From contig RDEW01000005.1 in the NCBI GenBank assembly GCA_011109175.1, forward strand, positions 1,908,238 through 1,972,237: DNA of 64,000 bases, read 5' to 3'. Source of the stretch: Dicyema japonicum. Taxonomy: Eukaryota > Animalia > Dicyemida. A program made the position numbers and the translations under genes. A model generated the notes under the pieces. That model ran no database searches. It was not told the DNA's origin and saw only the letters and a list, made by a program, of their open reading frames with translations. Within the stretch, counting starts at the first letter, position 1. Every line of letters begins with the position of its first letter. Shown one piece after another: positions 1 through 13,207 of the stretch.

Positions 1-239
1 GTTTTTGTGCCCTGATTTAAAATAGGGTGAAATACTTTAAAAAAGTATTCTTCTCGAATGAAAAAGCGATCAAAGAAAACATTGCGTCCTAAAATGAGTT
101 GAGGTTGCTGTGAGAGATAGCTGGCCAGGAGAAAACATCACTCATAGGAGTCTCCATCGGAATAATGTCACTAGTCGTCTTCTTTAACTGTGGTAATAAT
201 CAAAATTTATAGAATACGGACTTCACATGGAATACCTGT

Positions 240-960
240 ACAAAATTCAATTTAATCCTATTAGATGCGGATAACGCTACATCAATAACAGGGCGACTTT
301 GTCTCTCATTAATGCCTCAGCGACAAAAACAAGAGCAGACTCAGCTGAAAAATCGACTTTTTTAAACGACTTATCTTCATTATCTTTAACCAAACCTAAA
401 TATGAGAGGTCTAAGACTTTCTTTAGTAAATAAGGTATCATGGAGTTGTGGAATTGACTCACTCCTCTGTACAAGAACGATACATTTTTGTTCATCTTCA
501 AGGGAGTTATACTTCCTAGCCTTTTGTATGCGTAAGAGAGATAGTTCTTCTCTCCGAATAAGGAGATCTTATCCCTCCTAGCGATGACAAGAATAGCCGC
601 AATTAAGCTCTCCCTAAAAAAAGAAACTGAGTGATGGACTAAGCGAGGGGGCAGATATGCTGCTAGTACCAATTAGCAGGATTGGGGAAGATCGGATCGA
701 CGGTTTCATGAGGAAATCAAAGATCCAGGACACATACATAAGAATGAGAGAACCGTCTTGAGAAATAAATAAAAGAGGGAGGGTCCAGGTATGGAGTCTA
801 AGCCTTGAGGTAGGAATCAGGTGTAATTTTTTCCATGTTTTTGTATAAAAGTGAATCTTGGAAAAACACAAAAAATAAAGCAGAAAGGTTTTCTTTCATA
901 AAAGTCGTCTGAGGAAACTTACTGGGACGGATTTGGACGGATTCTCTACCAGAACCTCAA
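240..960 (+). mobile_element. Possible highly degenerate RTE-like non-LTR remnant
   Basis: Stop-ridden + frames give 'LSLINASATKTRADSAEKSTFLNDL' (like the APE motif IINVYAPT...EK..FY..L), 'FKGVILPSLLYA*E' and 'FSMFLYKSESW...LLGRIWTD' (like the post-RT LLYGSESW motif). The two minus-strand ORFs here have no recognisable motif. Confidence 0.3.
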
Positions 961-1828
961 ATCCAAGTTAGGAAATAACGGAATCTCATTGGAGACTGTT
1001 CGAACATTCTGTATACCTCAGAATGTTTAGACTCCACTGCAGAAATAGTAATGGTAACCCAAATCAAACGTTCTTGAGCTGATCCAGTATCATTACCATG
1101 GATGCTTCATTAATTCAGTTACTATAGAACGGAAGTGAGGGACATTGTGATACGCTAGTTACCATTATCACTACCATGGGATACCGGTATCGTTACCATT
1201 CAATTACCAGTATCATTACCCTAGATGCTTCGATAATGTCTCCAAGTATCTGGAAGACTTCAGAGAAGTATCTACGTCCATTATTGGAAAAAAGAATTAC
1301 AGCCAAATTAACGTAATAATTATGGGCTTTTGGATTGACTATGAGGAAATCCTTGAGGAAATATGAGTGGAGTCCTGATGGCCTGTTGAATTGACTTAAT
1401 TAGAACATGTATGATAAAATATTAAAAGTAACGTCGAAATATTGGGCAGATCGACCAGATCAACCTTAAAAGACATGAGAGGAATGTCACTATTATTTAG
1501 TAACTTTGGTAATATTACCAGAACAAACAAAAAATCATTTATTGCAGTGCCTTAGTAAAGTTCAAATTAGTAGTAATCGTTCTGTCATGCTGATTAAATG
1601 AGAACCCTAAAAAGTTCTTATTCCCTTAAATACATGTTTACCGTAAAAATGAACCACGATAATTAAAAACGGGGGAATTTCGGTTGAAATCACATTTTAC
1701 TTTGTCCCCCTATATCGCTTTATTTGAAACCTCCCATTTTCATGCTCAGCCAAATAAGGAAACCGATTTTATCAATTTTAGTTATCAGAAACTTTTTATT
1801 TAAATAACGTAAAAATCGTGCAAGGACG

Positions 1829-2122
1829 ATGAATTTTTATGCAAAAGACGACTTTAGAAATAAATTTACAGAAAAAGAAAGTAAAAATAGAAAATTAATT
1901 TCAGTGAGGTTAAGCAGGATTTATGAGTTCCCTCTCAGTCATGGTGAGAATTTTGAAGTTGTGTCAAATTCTCCAGGACTTGCAATGAAGTACGGGGAAG
2001 ACTTGTTTTTCCAGAGACCCGAGACGTCAGAAGGAAATGACTTCAGACTTGATAGCACTCCATTCTACTATAGCGAAGATTCTTATGAAATGAGTCATAA
2101 TGGGAATTCTGACAATCAATAA
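1829..2122 (+). CDS. Unidentified 97-aa ORF
   Basis: ATG-initiated ORF after an AT-rich spacer; no recognisable domain. Confidence 0.2.
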   Translation: MNFYAKDDFRNKFTEKESKNRKLISVRLSRIYEFPLSHGENFEVVSNSPGLAMKYGEDLFFQRPETSEGNDFRLDSTPFYYSEDSYEMSHNGNSDNQ

Positions 2123-2399
2123 AAAATTTTAGAAATACTTTTTTCCAAGAAAATAGTTCGGATCCAATTCATCAGGAATTTATTAATAAAATCGAAGAAA
2201 AAAGAAACAGCAGAAGTTTTAAAAATTATTCTAGACAGAAAGTTGATAAGTTAGAAACTCAGTGGAAAAATGAGATGACACTGTTACAAAAATTATTCCC
2301 TTAAATGATTACATAACTTTCGGTGATATTCTAACAATATTTTTGATTTTTATGATTGCCTAGTCAGTTGAAGCCCGCTGGCGCCTTTTTATTGAATAT

Positions 2400-2651
2400 T
2401 CTAAGGATGGGTGAACAGACACCATGCAATGCCGCCATGGAAGAATTTTTAGGCCATACTGTATCTCCTGCATTCAGAGACGTCCAAGAAGTTGTCTTCC
2501 AAGGACACTTGCTGATGATTATGCAGTGATCGGAAGCCGACTGATGGATGCAGACGATCTGGACGAAATCAGGATACGGGCACGACAGCGAAAAGGACGG
2601 AGAAGACTAACGGAAAGGATTATCGAAAAGCGTGGCACAGCGAAACCATAA
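2400..2651 (+). mobile_element. RTE-type retrotransposon 3' end remnant
   Basis: 'RTLADDY...DADDLDEIRIRARQRKGRRRLTERI' resembles the RTE C-terminal L..LR..A.DR..WR.L motif. Confidence 0.45.
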
Positions 2652-2709
2652 ACAGTGTTTACTGGTAACGCGGATGTGCTTTAACTAACAAACTAGTCAG
2701 TTGTTAATC

Positions 2710-3324
2710 TGTGGTAGGTTGAGGTGGTGACGTGTACCTATTGCATGAAAAGTATATTTTGAAGAATGAAAACCATGTCTTCATTTTGTCTAGTAAACAT
2801 GGAGGAGGTGATGGATCCAGGAAACATCGGCAATCGAAGTTCTGAACAAAGGAAGTGGCGGATCTGAGGTACTATAATCAGTAAAAAATTTAGTTCAGAG
2901 TTACAACTGAAAAATCGAATTCCCTTATTGACAACAACAGTTTTGGTGAGTTTGTCTCAATCAATTTTTTTAACAAATGCTTCAATATTAGAAATGCTTA
3001 CATTCCACCTCATCATGACATCTCTTTCCTTTGACTTGGGCTGTTTTGGTAATATTTTTTGATGGACGACCTGAATGCGAAAAGTCTAATGTGAATCAAA
3101 GGTCAAAAAAGAGTGAATCTGGAAAATACATTCAAGATAAACTGGATTTCATGTACATCCTCAATCTCACAAAAAGTCACGCATACATTCTAGAAACTCT
3201 AGCAAGTCAGGTGACTATCCCGACGTCAGTCTATATTGGCAGATGCACTTGGAAGGAAAAAAATCGATTCCTGGTTTCAGGGAGAGATCAAATAACCTCA
3301 GAAAAAATCAGTCTTATATTTTAG
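2710..3324 (+). mobile_element. LINE APE-endonuclease remnant
   Basis: Degenerate GGGV-like motif (ggtggtgacgt, also seen at about 3560) and 'LMDDLNAKS' (GDLNAK motif), with stops and frameshifts. Confidence 0.5.
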
Positions 3325-3544
3325 TCGAATGTTAAAAAATAATAAACAAAATAGAAAAAAATCAAAATTAATTATGTATTCAAATTACATTGAAAACTCC
3401 ACTTTTCAACTAAAAATAGTTTAGCTACTGAGGTCAATAGCTCGCATGATCCTCTATACTAGTCTCTCCCACCTTCTCCTGTTCAATACTAGGCTCTGCA
3501 GACTAATGAGGTCTTCACTGTCCCCTTAGTGTTCTATTCACTGA

Positions 3545-4530
3545 TCTATTTTGGCTAGGTGGTGACGTTCCTCTATTGCACTCATATCGTATACGCGGTT
3601 GAATGATTCTTCCTGGATCTCTACCCTTACTTTCAACGCCAAGGGCCTCAGCTAGTCAAAGAGGCACTAATATGTCTGGACCTTGAGAATTATCGATGTT
3701 CAGTATGAACATATGGTCAGAGAAGGACTTGACAAACGCTTTGGGAACTACAAATCTCGATTTACCGCCTATAAATCATGGATTATTGGTATTTATGTTT
3801 TTTGATATCTACCAGCCTGTTCTCTCTGGTACCTTGAATGCCGAGGACTCAATCTTATGTATAAAAAACTTCACCTCGCATGAGACCTGGAACGATACAA
3901 GTTATCCATATATTGCCTACTGGACATGAAAATATCAGACAACGGAACATTGAAAATTGGAAATTACTGCCTGATTACCAACACAACAACCTGTCGTCAC
4001 TATGGACTCAGCAATCCATCTCACAATTTAACAATGGGGGATCTTGGAAGATGTGTGGTAGGATACTGAACGTACCACAAGGAATATGTCTTCAATTACT
4101 CAATAAAACACAATCAAATCCAAAAATAGAATTATTCCTGTAGTAAAAACCAACTTCATATTACCAATTTTTCATCTTTATGTTACCTCTAAAATACGTG
4201 AAAAATTCATACACAGCTTTTTCATTTTTTCCTTCACAACACGGATTTCGAAAATTCTACTCCACCGCAACCCATCTATCTGACTCAATTCATCACAGAC
4301 GGATTTAATTGTAAAGCACCTCATGAAAAAACGATTCTTGTCGACGTTGATATTGAGGAAGCTTTTGACTCAAATTAAAAAATTGATATGTAATTTCATC
4401 TATGGAGATTGGTTGAATTTTGTTTGAAAGCCTCACGTTGCAGATACTCTCAAATAAGTCCCACAGGTTTCAGCTCTCTCCTCATTGTTGTTCAATTTAT
4501 GCCTGAGTGACATTCCTAAACCAAAGAGAG
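3545..4530 (+). mobile_element. LINE (Jockey/CR1-like) endonuclease + RT remnant
   Basis: 'VLSGTLNAE' (GDLNA), 'TDGFNCKAPHEKTILVDVDIEEAFDS' (RT AFD motif) and 'VPQVSALSSLLFNLCLSDIP' (GVPQGS motif), disrupted by stops. Confidence 0.75.
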
Positions 4531-5121
4531 TACACCTTGAATTCCAAATCCGAATACGCCACTAAGGCGCATTTGAATTCCAAATCTGATTGATTTTAGT
4601 TCTTATCTAATGCACGTCTCTTAAGAAGCGCTTTATTATAGACTTATTCCTAAATCTAGGTCTCCTTCAAGGTAATTCACTGTTTAGGATGTTATAACTA
4701 TAAAGATGTCGTGAGTTCGATTTCCCCAAGTGACTATTGATCAAGGGTTCTTCATATCTCTTTCACTTTGATCCTGTCCCAGTCTCTGGGCGACATCTAA
4801 AAGATCATTAACTTTCCTCCATTATTAGCCCTCAAGTAACTAATTAATCTTAGTTCCTGCAACCAGAGTGAGACTCATCCTTTCTAAACATAACGTTCAT
4901 CCACATCCATCACTATGTGAATTTCTTCAAAGAATAAAAAGAAAGAGATCTTTTTATTATGCCGACGACTGGGCATCTCCTTGGACAGGAGGGTTAAAAG
5001 ACCCTTCTTACTAATTGATGGACAAAAAACAGGAAGGAATCATTTGACCAGATAAGTAGCGGTGTGGGAATACAAAACCAATAAATCATTTTTATCAAAA
5101 ATAAAGAAATATTAATAAACT

Positions 5122-5606
5122 TTAAAGTAGAGATTTTATGAAATTTTCGGTGTGCTCGGTGAAAATATCGCTTTTAATCTCATCATGCAATGACAATTCA
5201 TAGTTTTTAGCGGCGAATTCAACGTAAACCTTAAAATACAACAAAATACGACATTTTTGTAAAAATTATATAGAGAATCCGTGTGAGACTCCGATACATG
5301 GTCCGTCATTAATATGAATTTTATTCGAGTTGGAGATTCGTAGTAGTGAAGTTTATACCCACGTGTTGTCAATGAACGAAAATTGCCTCCACTAAACATT
5401 AGCCCGAAGCAGACTTTATATTCTGAGACATTTTTTGCATGAATTTATTCACAACGAAAACAAATCCATGAAGAAGTTGTTGATTCTAATAAATATTGTA
5501 ATATATACACTTTTCCTGCATAACTTGAATGTTTTAACTTCCCATATTCGCTGTAAAACAAACATTTCCCTTTGCAGTCAAATATATAGATCCCGTATAT
5601 CAGCAT
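5122..5606 (-). CDS. TRAPPC1: Trafficking protein particle complex subunit 1 (BET5)
   Basis: Splicing three GT-AG introns (25, 23 and 20 or 23 nt) gives MLIYGIYIFDCKGKCLFYSEY...NQQLLHGFV...YKLHYYESPTRIKFILMTD...VYVEFAAKN...FIKSLL*, matching the sybindin/TRAPPC1 family. Confidence 0.92.
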
Positions 5607-6439
5607 TCACAAAAATTTAATTAAATTTAAAATAATTAAATACAAATTTAATTTTTTTATTATTTTAACTTATTTTCACTCTTCAACAACGCGGCAACCC
5701 GGAACAATGGTTCCGGTTTCATTACTCTCTGCGGCTCCAAATCTGATCCCTACTATCAATCAGCGTTAGACGCCGCCAAAACACGTAAATTAGAAAAAAA
5801 CCCACATCTCTCAAATTATTATGAAAGAGGAACTCGTAGATTCAGAAAAGCTTTGGGTACTATGGAGGAAGACAGAAAAACACTTCAATCATGTTGAGAT
5901 CTACCGAGATCACTTAATTAGATGGTTTAATTCCTTCTTTCTTGGAGTTCCCCTTTTGGGGTTAGATAATAATAATCAACACATGATACAACGCTTCCCA
6001 AAGTCCTGAATGGTGCGGAGAAGACCTGAGACCAGTCAACAGAACACTAATGGGCGGAGAAGACCTCATTAGTCTGTAAAGCCTGGTATCGAACAAGAGA
6101 GTGTGGGAGAGACTAGTATCGAGGAATAGAATTATAGCTTATTGGATTCTATGTTCTTGCTCATAATAATAATCTTCACATGATCATGTAATTTAAGGTT
6201 TCTCATCAGTGATCTTACGCTTCACATTTATTTAAGCATTAAAAGTCTTAAAAATAACTTTAAATTGGTTAAACAATGGATAATCTTAATTTTCAGATCA
6301 TGCAAAATTTTAGAGATTTCAATTTCTCACAACAAATTGCACATTTTCAAACCACTAACTGGCGTTTAACTCGTGATGATTTTATGGGTGCTTTGATATT
6401 ATGGCATGGCGTTATGTGGTGCTACGTGGATAGTTGTAT

Positions 6440-6650
6440 TTTCCTTTTTTCTGATGGCGTCACTAAATCCACCTTACTGAGGAGGCGCCCAATGCCTGGC
6501 CGGCATCAAGAGGATCCAACAATTTTTCCCCGGAGACAACGTCGTTACCTGGTGACAATTTCTGGAATGCTGGAACGAGTCAGGAGTTTGGTTACCTTGG
6601 TCTTAGTTAGTTTGGTTACCCTTGGTCTTTGGAAATAATTTTAATTGATT
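6440..6650 (+). mobile_element. LINE 3'-end fragment (family also at about 20030-20250 on - and 61590-61880 on +)
   Basis: Clear nucleotide similarity to 61600-61880, shared terminus ttacccttggtctttg(g)aaataattt, and peptide 'PY*GGAQCL' matching 'PYSGGAQCL' at 20069-20251. Confidence 0.6.
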
Positions 6651-6793
6651 TTAACTCGTGAAAAAATGCCACTAAAAGTAAAAAATTAAAATAAAATATT
6701 ATTTCCCAAATTCATTACTTTTTCAGCAAAAATTAAAAAAATAATTTTATTTAATTAAAAAAATAATCGCCAACATATCAAAATATTATGAAT

Positions 6794-9437
6794 TTAAAAG
6801 TGCTTCATCAGCCTCAATACATTCCTTGAATAAAACATAACAAAAACAGCAATATCATCCTTGTAGAGCTGTTCAGTGATGTTCTCAATCGTGATTCTCT
6901 TAAAGCCATCCGAGACAATCCTCTCTCCCTCAGATTCCTCAAATATGGAATCGATATAGACCGAATGTGGGCCTGGAGTTTTACTTGCACAAATTACTCT
7001 CAAAATTCGTTTCTCTCTAATTTTGCAGAAAATGAAGATGAATGCCTCCATTATGTAGGCTACTGACATGGTGATTATTATCTATGTTTAAGGGACCAAA
7101 CTGACTGTCGCATAAAAGTAAAACAGCATGAAGAATATTCTCGTCCAGTCATTTATGACGATAGCATAGGCTTCCTATCAGTAATAAAGTACCCCTAACC
7201 ATTGTAAGGTACCAATTGTTCACAGCAGAGAGTTCGAACAGAACAACTAAATTTTATCTTAAATTCCAACCAAAACTCGACAAAATAGAGTTGAAATTGT
7301 TTTCATAGTAAAATGAAGAATATTTTAACGACGTGTCGTTAGAATATGTACTTTCAAAAGGCGATCCTCTAAAATGAGCCACATTTTGACTACTTGCAAC
7401 AATTTCTCAAATCATATTCTCCGAAAAGCTGCATCGCGAAAAAGGCCACTGAAAAGTAGATTAAAAATGCCGCCAAAGAGACACTTTGAGTGACAAATCA
7501 GCAAAACCTGAGAATTCTCATAATTATTTTTTCAGTAATTAAGCAGAGATCTCTATAAATTTTAAATAAATTCAGAATCCTACAGAAATTATCAAAAAAC
7601 AACCAAAGACATCTAAAAATGGAGAAACAACGAAAAATTAGTAAGTCTGGATACTTCAGGGAGATAATCGAGACCAATGACAAAATATTGATGGTAATGT
7701 CAATACTACCTCACAAAACACATTATTACAAGTTGGAAAAACTGGAAAAGAAAAAGGAGGGTCCGAGAATACAACCAAAGATGATAGTTTCCACGGCAAA
7801 GACTAAAAGTACGCCTAAAATGAACGTATGGAGAAGAAGATATCCATGGGAGATATCATATTTCTGTATTTACAAGTTGTACTGGTGTTCTCATATACAA
7901 GATAAACCGAGTTGATGGCAATAACAAGGTCTAATCGTGATAGACATGAGTTACAAGTAATATACGTGTAAATTTTGGATTTTCTTAGCCAACTCAACTC
8001 TAAAATAAAAGAAATCCAAACTTTTGACAATTTGAGACAACGATGTGAAGGATCTTAACGTTTGATGCTAAAATTTAAAGTCACGTGTACATTCCACACG
8101 ACATCGACGTATTTATAAAAGTTGTAAAAGTCATTGAGACAAATGTATCCTTTGTTTGAGCTGTCAATCAACGAAAAAAGAGACATGGAGTTTATTATGT
8201 CTAAATTTTAGATATGAGTACTTGTCTCCCCATGATAAGCCATGAACACGTTGAATACCTCCTAGTGATTCCTTGGGGACACTAAATTATAAAACTCGCA
8301 AACTTCTGCCGAAAGCAAGAGTTTGAAGGCTGCCCTGCACGAGCGCCTTTGAGAAAGAATAATTTTCTTTATTTTGGCTTTTTCCTCGAACACATACAAC
8401 TGGTAGGTCACAGCAAGGAGCTGAAACGGAATAAAATACGGGACTTACGACGTTCAAGAGAATAAATGTCGAAATAGTCAAAAATGAGGTGTAGAATATG
8501 AAAGTTAACTTAGTAAAGTGATATTGGGCCATTATTGCATTGGGGGAACTTATGTTGGTAAAAATATTACTTTGAGGTGGTGAAGAGCACAAACATTGTA
8601 TGAAAGCTCCTTGAAAATGAAGAAAAGTGCTTAAATAAGGGAAAATAAATACATAATCGCCAGGAACGTCGCGGAACATTGAAAAACCTTAAATGAGGTA
8701 TTTTGTTACCTACAAGAGAATAAATCAGAATAACAAGCAACGTGAGGATCAAAATTCCTATAAATTTAGGCAAAATCTTGAAAGACTGCCTAATGAATCT
8801 GAAAAATGACAAAAATCATTGAACCTTCTAGAACTGGTCAGATAAGGAGAATCGTAAAGAAAAAGTGGGAGTAATGAATGAATAAATCGATATCTATAAT
8901 TTTTGGAGGCAACAATGTAAATTTTCTGACAAAATATGGCCACGAGGATGATCAACTAAAGTCAGCTTACAAGATTACGTTAAAAATTAGGTATCTCTTC
9001 TTGTAAATGTTCTCAATCCCCATGACCTTTATTTTTAGCAGGTAAATTGCCATCAAAAAACTCAAAGGGAAAAACTGAACGATACCAACAACCTTAAAAT
9101 TAACGAATTTGTACATCGACGTGGTTTACATTGTAGGATTTGTTCTGTAACAGCATCAGAAGTAATATGAACAGAATTGTAAATAATTCGGTCACCGAAA
9201 AACATTTTCCTGTGAGGATTTTGTAGTATTTATATGTTTTAAGGTCGGTAGGATGAGTATACTTGATATTGTGTTCTCCTCCTTGATGTAAATGAGCCCT
9301 TCTGAGATGTTGTAATGCCATATCATTTTCGTAACCGTATTTTCGTCCAATTCAGGGTTATTTATATTTAAGGACTCTAAAAGATTGTTTGATACTGCTC
9401 CAATGTTTAGAGGACCGGAAGGAATAGATCCGATCAT
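6794..9437 (-). CDS. TPCN1: Two-pore channel TPC1 (two apparent 1-nt deletions)
   Basis: Spliced peptide includes WHYNISEGLIYIKE/GEHNIKYTHP, filter 1 'FVLFTTSNSPNAIM', and filter 2 '[26 protein letters not shown]'; about 17 tiny GT-AG introns. Frameshifts are needed at about 9280 and 8260. Confidence 0.9.
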
Positions 9438-10620
9438 GACCACAATATAATTATTATACCGACTCTATGTAATTTTATTTTTTTTGAATGTATTAATTTA
9501 TTTCGAATTTAAAATTGAAATTTATTCAATAAAATAATAAAAATTATTTTATTTAGCAATATCTAATTTGACCTATCTTTCTTGGTGGTCTTGGAATTAA
9601 ATAAATAAATTTTTCTTTGTCTTTTGGAGCTTCTATACAAACAATTTGTTCTACCAAGTATCGAATACACTTGTGCTGCATGAATTGCTCTGTTATCGCT
9701 ATCGCAGAGAGCAAACTGGAATTGTTGCAAAACCCATGTTTCAAAATATTGTTGAGATTGTCGAAAAAGACACCCACTTCGTTTTTTCGGAGAACACTAA
9801 ACGTCCCTCCAATCAAAAAATACGTTACAGAACGTCACCCAGACTTCCCCAAGATGGTAAAGTCTTATGAAAATCCTTTCGGGCGGAAGTCAAACTATAT
9901 CTGGACGCCGCCCAAAATGCGAAAAAAACCTTCCCCTTTATGGAGATTAATTTAGGACATCAAAACTAACCGCAGGAGAACCAAGCAATCATTTATATGG
10001 TTCCTTTATCTACTACCAAGCAATCAGTTATATGGTTTATTGATAAGGTAGTAGGATTGGGCCTGTTTACTACAACAAAAGTAGGCAGTTTCTACCATGA
10101 GCAGGCTACTCGCATGAAAACCTGAGATGTAATCCTTGACAGAGATTTGCTCCGCTACCAAGGTAACGTAAACATACTGGTCGTTATGACCAAAATAATG
10201 TACTATAATGATTTCTACGGTTTAATCGTTAATAAGTGGAGATATCATAATTTATAGACGATTTGTATATTTTTTGTTAGAATTCGTTTTCTAAACAAAA
10301 ATTGCGATTGAAAGACAAATAATCGGCATGTGATCACTAATCGTTGTGAACCACTAAGACATGTGTTAACTGTCAGACCATTTGAATCAATGGCCTTAAT
10401 TCGCCATTAAAGGCATGTCTTCATAATACTCACAAGCCAATTATCAAGGAAATTAGTTCCCGTCGTTTGTGCCACTTCCCAGATTACTTTTCGTTAGACA
10501 TCTTACGTTCTCTTTGAGGTTGGGGGACAGTCCTCTCTAATATACAACCAATGACTATTCAAGCATAGAGTTAGCAAATTTACAAAAAAACATTTAAAAC
10601 TACAAAAAAATTATCAAAAA

Positions 10621-11845
10621 TCAGCTAAATCTCCTTCTGATAGAGAAGGCAAGAGAAATTTGTTCACGTGGTAGATACCGCTCAATTTGTTCATCAGATA
10701 GGTCCATAAGAATAGAAATGACCTCAGACTGGATAATTTACAAAAAAATACTTTATCATTTTCATCAACTGATCTGCCAGCCAAAATAGACTAAAATTAC
10801 ACTTTAAACTACTTTCAAAAAAGAAGTTGAAAAACGGGGGAAATTCCGGGGGTCAAAATTGGGCCTAGACTTCCTTTTCTTGCTAGGTCTGTACCCTTCA
10901 TTAATTGGGCATCTATATGGGATTTCCTGGCCGTAATATTCAGGTTGCACAGAGTTGTCGGAACGGTAGGGAAGGGGATTATAATACTCTCTTGAGTTAC
11001 TGGCGTACTCAGACAAGTCTAAATAAATTAACTATCAGACTTTGAGGAGGAGGGGTGCCAACATAAATAGGCTCATACGACTGCGGATTGTTCGACATTT
11101 GAGCTGAAACGCTATCTTTACAGCCAGGCTTGTGAAAAAACGACTATTAACAACACAAAGTCAAATAATATATTTTTTAATAAACAGTCTTACATGAAGT
11201 GATTTTGTGTCCACTACGCCTAAAACAACCATGGATTGCAGAATGGCGTACGTAAGTGCACTGTTTTGGCACAACATCATTCGGGCCTCGGACGGGTTTG
11301 ATACGGCAAAATACTGCAATCAACAACTGATTACCTTTAAGTTTCTCAAGGTCTCGGAAAGGTTTTCTGGAGACATAGACTGTACAGTCTCGACGATGCA
11401 CTGAGTGACCTTAGAAGGGTCAGTGACGTCGGGGACACAGGGGGCGGGTGTAGTAATCTGGCCAACTTGTTGAGCAACCGCGTTGACCACTTGAGTGTAA
11501 TTTGCAGTTGTTTGATTGTCTGAAGCTAAAAGAAGGGGGATACCAAAGTGCTGTTCTCCAGCAGCAGGACCAACCCTGAGAGGTCTTCCATTGACGTCAC
11601 AGTTTGCCAGATTGCGTAGAGCACTCTGAGCTGTTTCAATGTCAGCATACTCGCAGAAACCATAACCCTTAGGTTTTCCAGTCTCTTTGTCATAGACCAG
11701 CCTAAAACTGGCTATTGGGCCTACTTTTGAAAACATTTCTCTAAGTTTAGCCTCACTAACATCGTAGGGAATATTTCCAACTAATATGAATTACAATTTC
11801 ATTACCAAATACAGATCTTTGTGCCTTATCACTATTCATGGCCAT
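10621..11845 (-). CDS. CSTF2: Cleavage stimulation factor 64-kDa subunit
   Basis: RRM 'RSVFVGNIPY...[15 protein letters not shown]', hinge '[18 protein letters not shown]' and C-terminal '[18 protein letters not shown]'; six GT-AG introns (five of 21-25 nt, one of about 50 nt). Confidence 0.93.
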
Positions 11846-11940
11846 GACACACGTGAAGGATAATTTAAGTAATAAATTATTTATTTAAGCATAAATAAAA
11901 AAAATTTTAATTTATTGTGTTTTATTATAAATAAATTCAT

Positions 11941-13207
11941 ATGTTGGAATTTCTTGTTTTTAGTGTGATGGGTTTTGTCTTTGCCCTCGTTTTTATCGGT
12001 ACTGGGGCGTTTGTTGGGATAATTATGGCGATTAGTTACTTTTCAGTAAGACTCTTCAGTGATTCTCTCCATAAGACTCTATGCTACATCCTCGCCGATA
12101 TATTTTGGTCAAGTATATACCACTTATGAGTTAAGTATTTCCTGTTTTCTGTCTTGGATGGGGAGGATTGGAGTTGTCGGTTTACGGTGATCCAAAAGTT
12201 CTATCAAAATGGAATGCTGGTCACAATATTGTTCTAGAAAACCATAACTACGAAATTGACTTCATTGTTGGTTACTGTGTCCTCTATCTGGCCAATATTA
12301 TTGGAGTCGTCTATACTGATCACTTTTAGAGTTCCAAGTTGGTCGGGAAAAAGATGCTTAGTATTGTTCCTATTCAGGGACCGGTTTGGTTCTTTACAGA
12401 CAGTCTCTTCATTAAACGAGTCTGGAAAGATGACGAGAAGATGATAAAGGATTATGTTCCACGGATTAGTAAATATCCAAAGTATCTTCCAATAACAGTA
12501 AAATTCAAATATAAAAACAGCTGCTATTCCACCCGGAAGGCACTCGCTTTACCGAAAAGAAGCACGTGGCTTGTGTAAATTACTACAAAGAGCTAGGACT
12601 TGAGCCTCTGCAATATTTACTGACTCCAAGGATGTGAGGATTTAAATCAATTGTCAATGCCCTGCGAAATAACTGTTAGTTTCTTATTTTTATTAAAGTT
12701 GACCATTTGGTCGATACGACCTTGTTGATTCGGCCAAAATACGATGGGTACCAAATCTCGGTCAAAAATCTGCTTCTTCGAAAAAAATTTGTAGCCGAGC
12801 TATATGTGAGTGTTTTGGTTTTACAATAGTGTAATGTCTATGATATGAAAGATGTCCCCACAGAAGATCAAGATCTGGGAGCCTTTTTGACAGATTCTTA
12901 CTACTTTAAGGACAAGTTGATGGATTTCTTTCACAAAAATGGAAGTATTGCTCAGAAATATGATCTTCTCGCTTCGTCGTCTTTCCCAAATGATTTACTA
13001 TATCGGTCTGTCTTGATTTTCTTTATATCATTCTGCTATTACAATGTCCTCATTTTATTTATCTCCCACATTACTGGTCTGAGTTGTTTTTCTATCGCGT
13101 GTGGAATATTTGGTGGATGTTTGTGATTTAGTATATATTTTAGTGTACATGCTCGCTTTTTCGGCAATTCAATTTCTAACCGTGACTTAATTTCGTTTAT
13201 TTATTAA
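11941..13207 (+). CDS. 1-acylglycerol-3-phosphate acyltransferase, AGPAT3/4 type (in-frame TGA at 12635-12637)
   Basis: Motifs NHNYEIDF, 'KKMLSIVPIQGPVWFF..FIKRVW', 'PEGTRFTEKKH' and 'LLTPRM*GF'; 19-24 nt introns. The 3' end is either 13126 or 13207. Confidence 0.88.

Noticed and set aside
277-871. Minus-strand ORFs with faint resemblance to the ATAD2 second AAA domain and bromodomain
   Set aside because: No Walker or bromodomain signature and no consistent tiny-intron structure; the + strand carries retroelement-like motifs instead.
12635-12637. Genome-wide TGA reassignment
   Set aside because: TGA terminates CSTF2, TGG is used for Trp throughout, and no other intact gene here needs an internal TGA.
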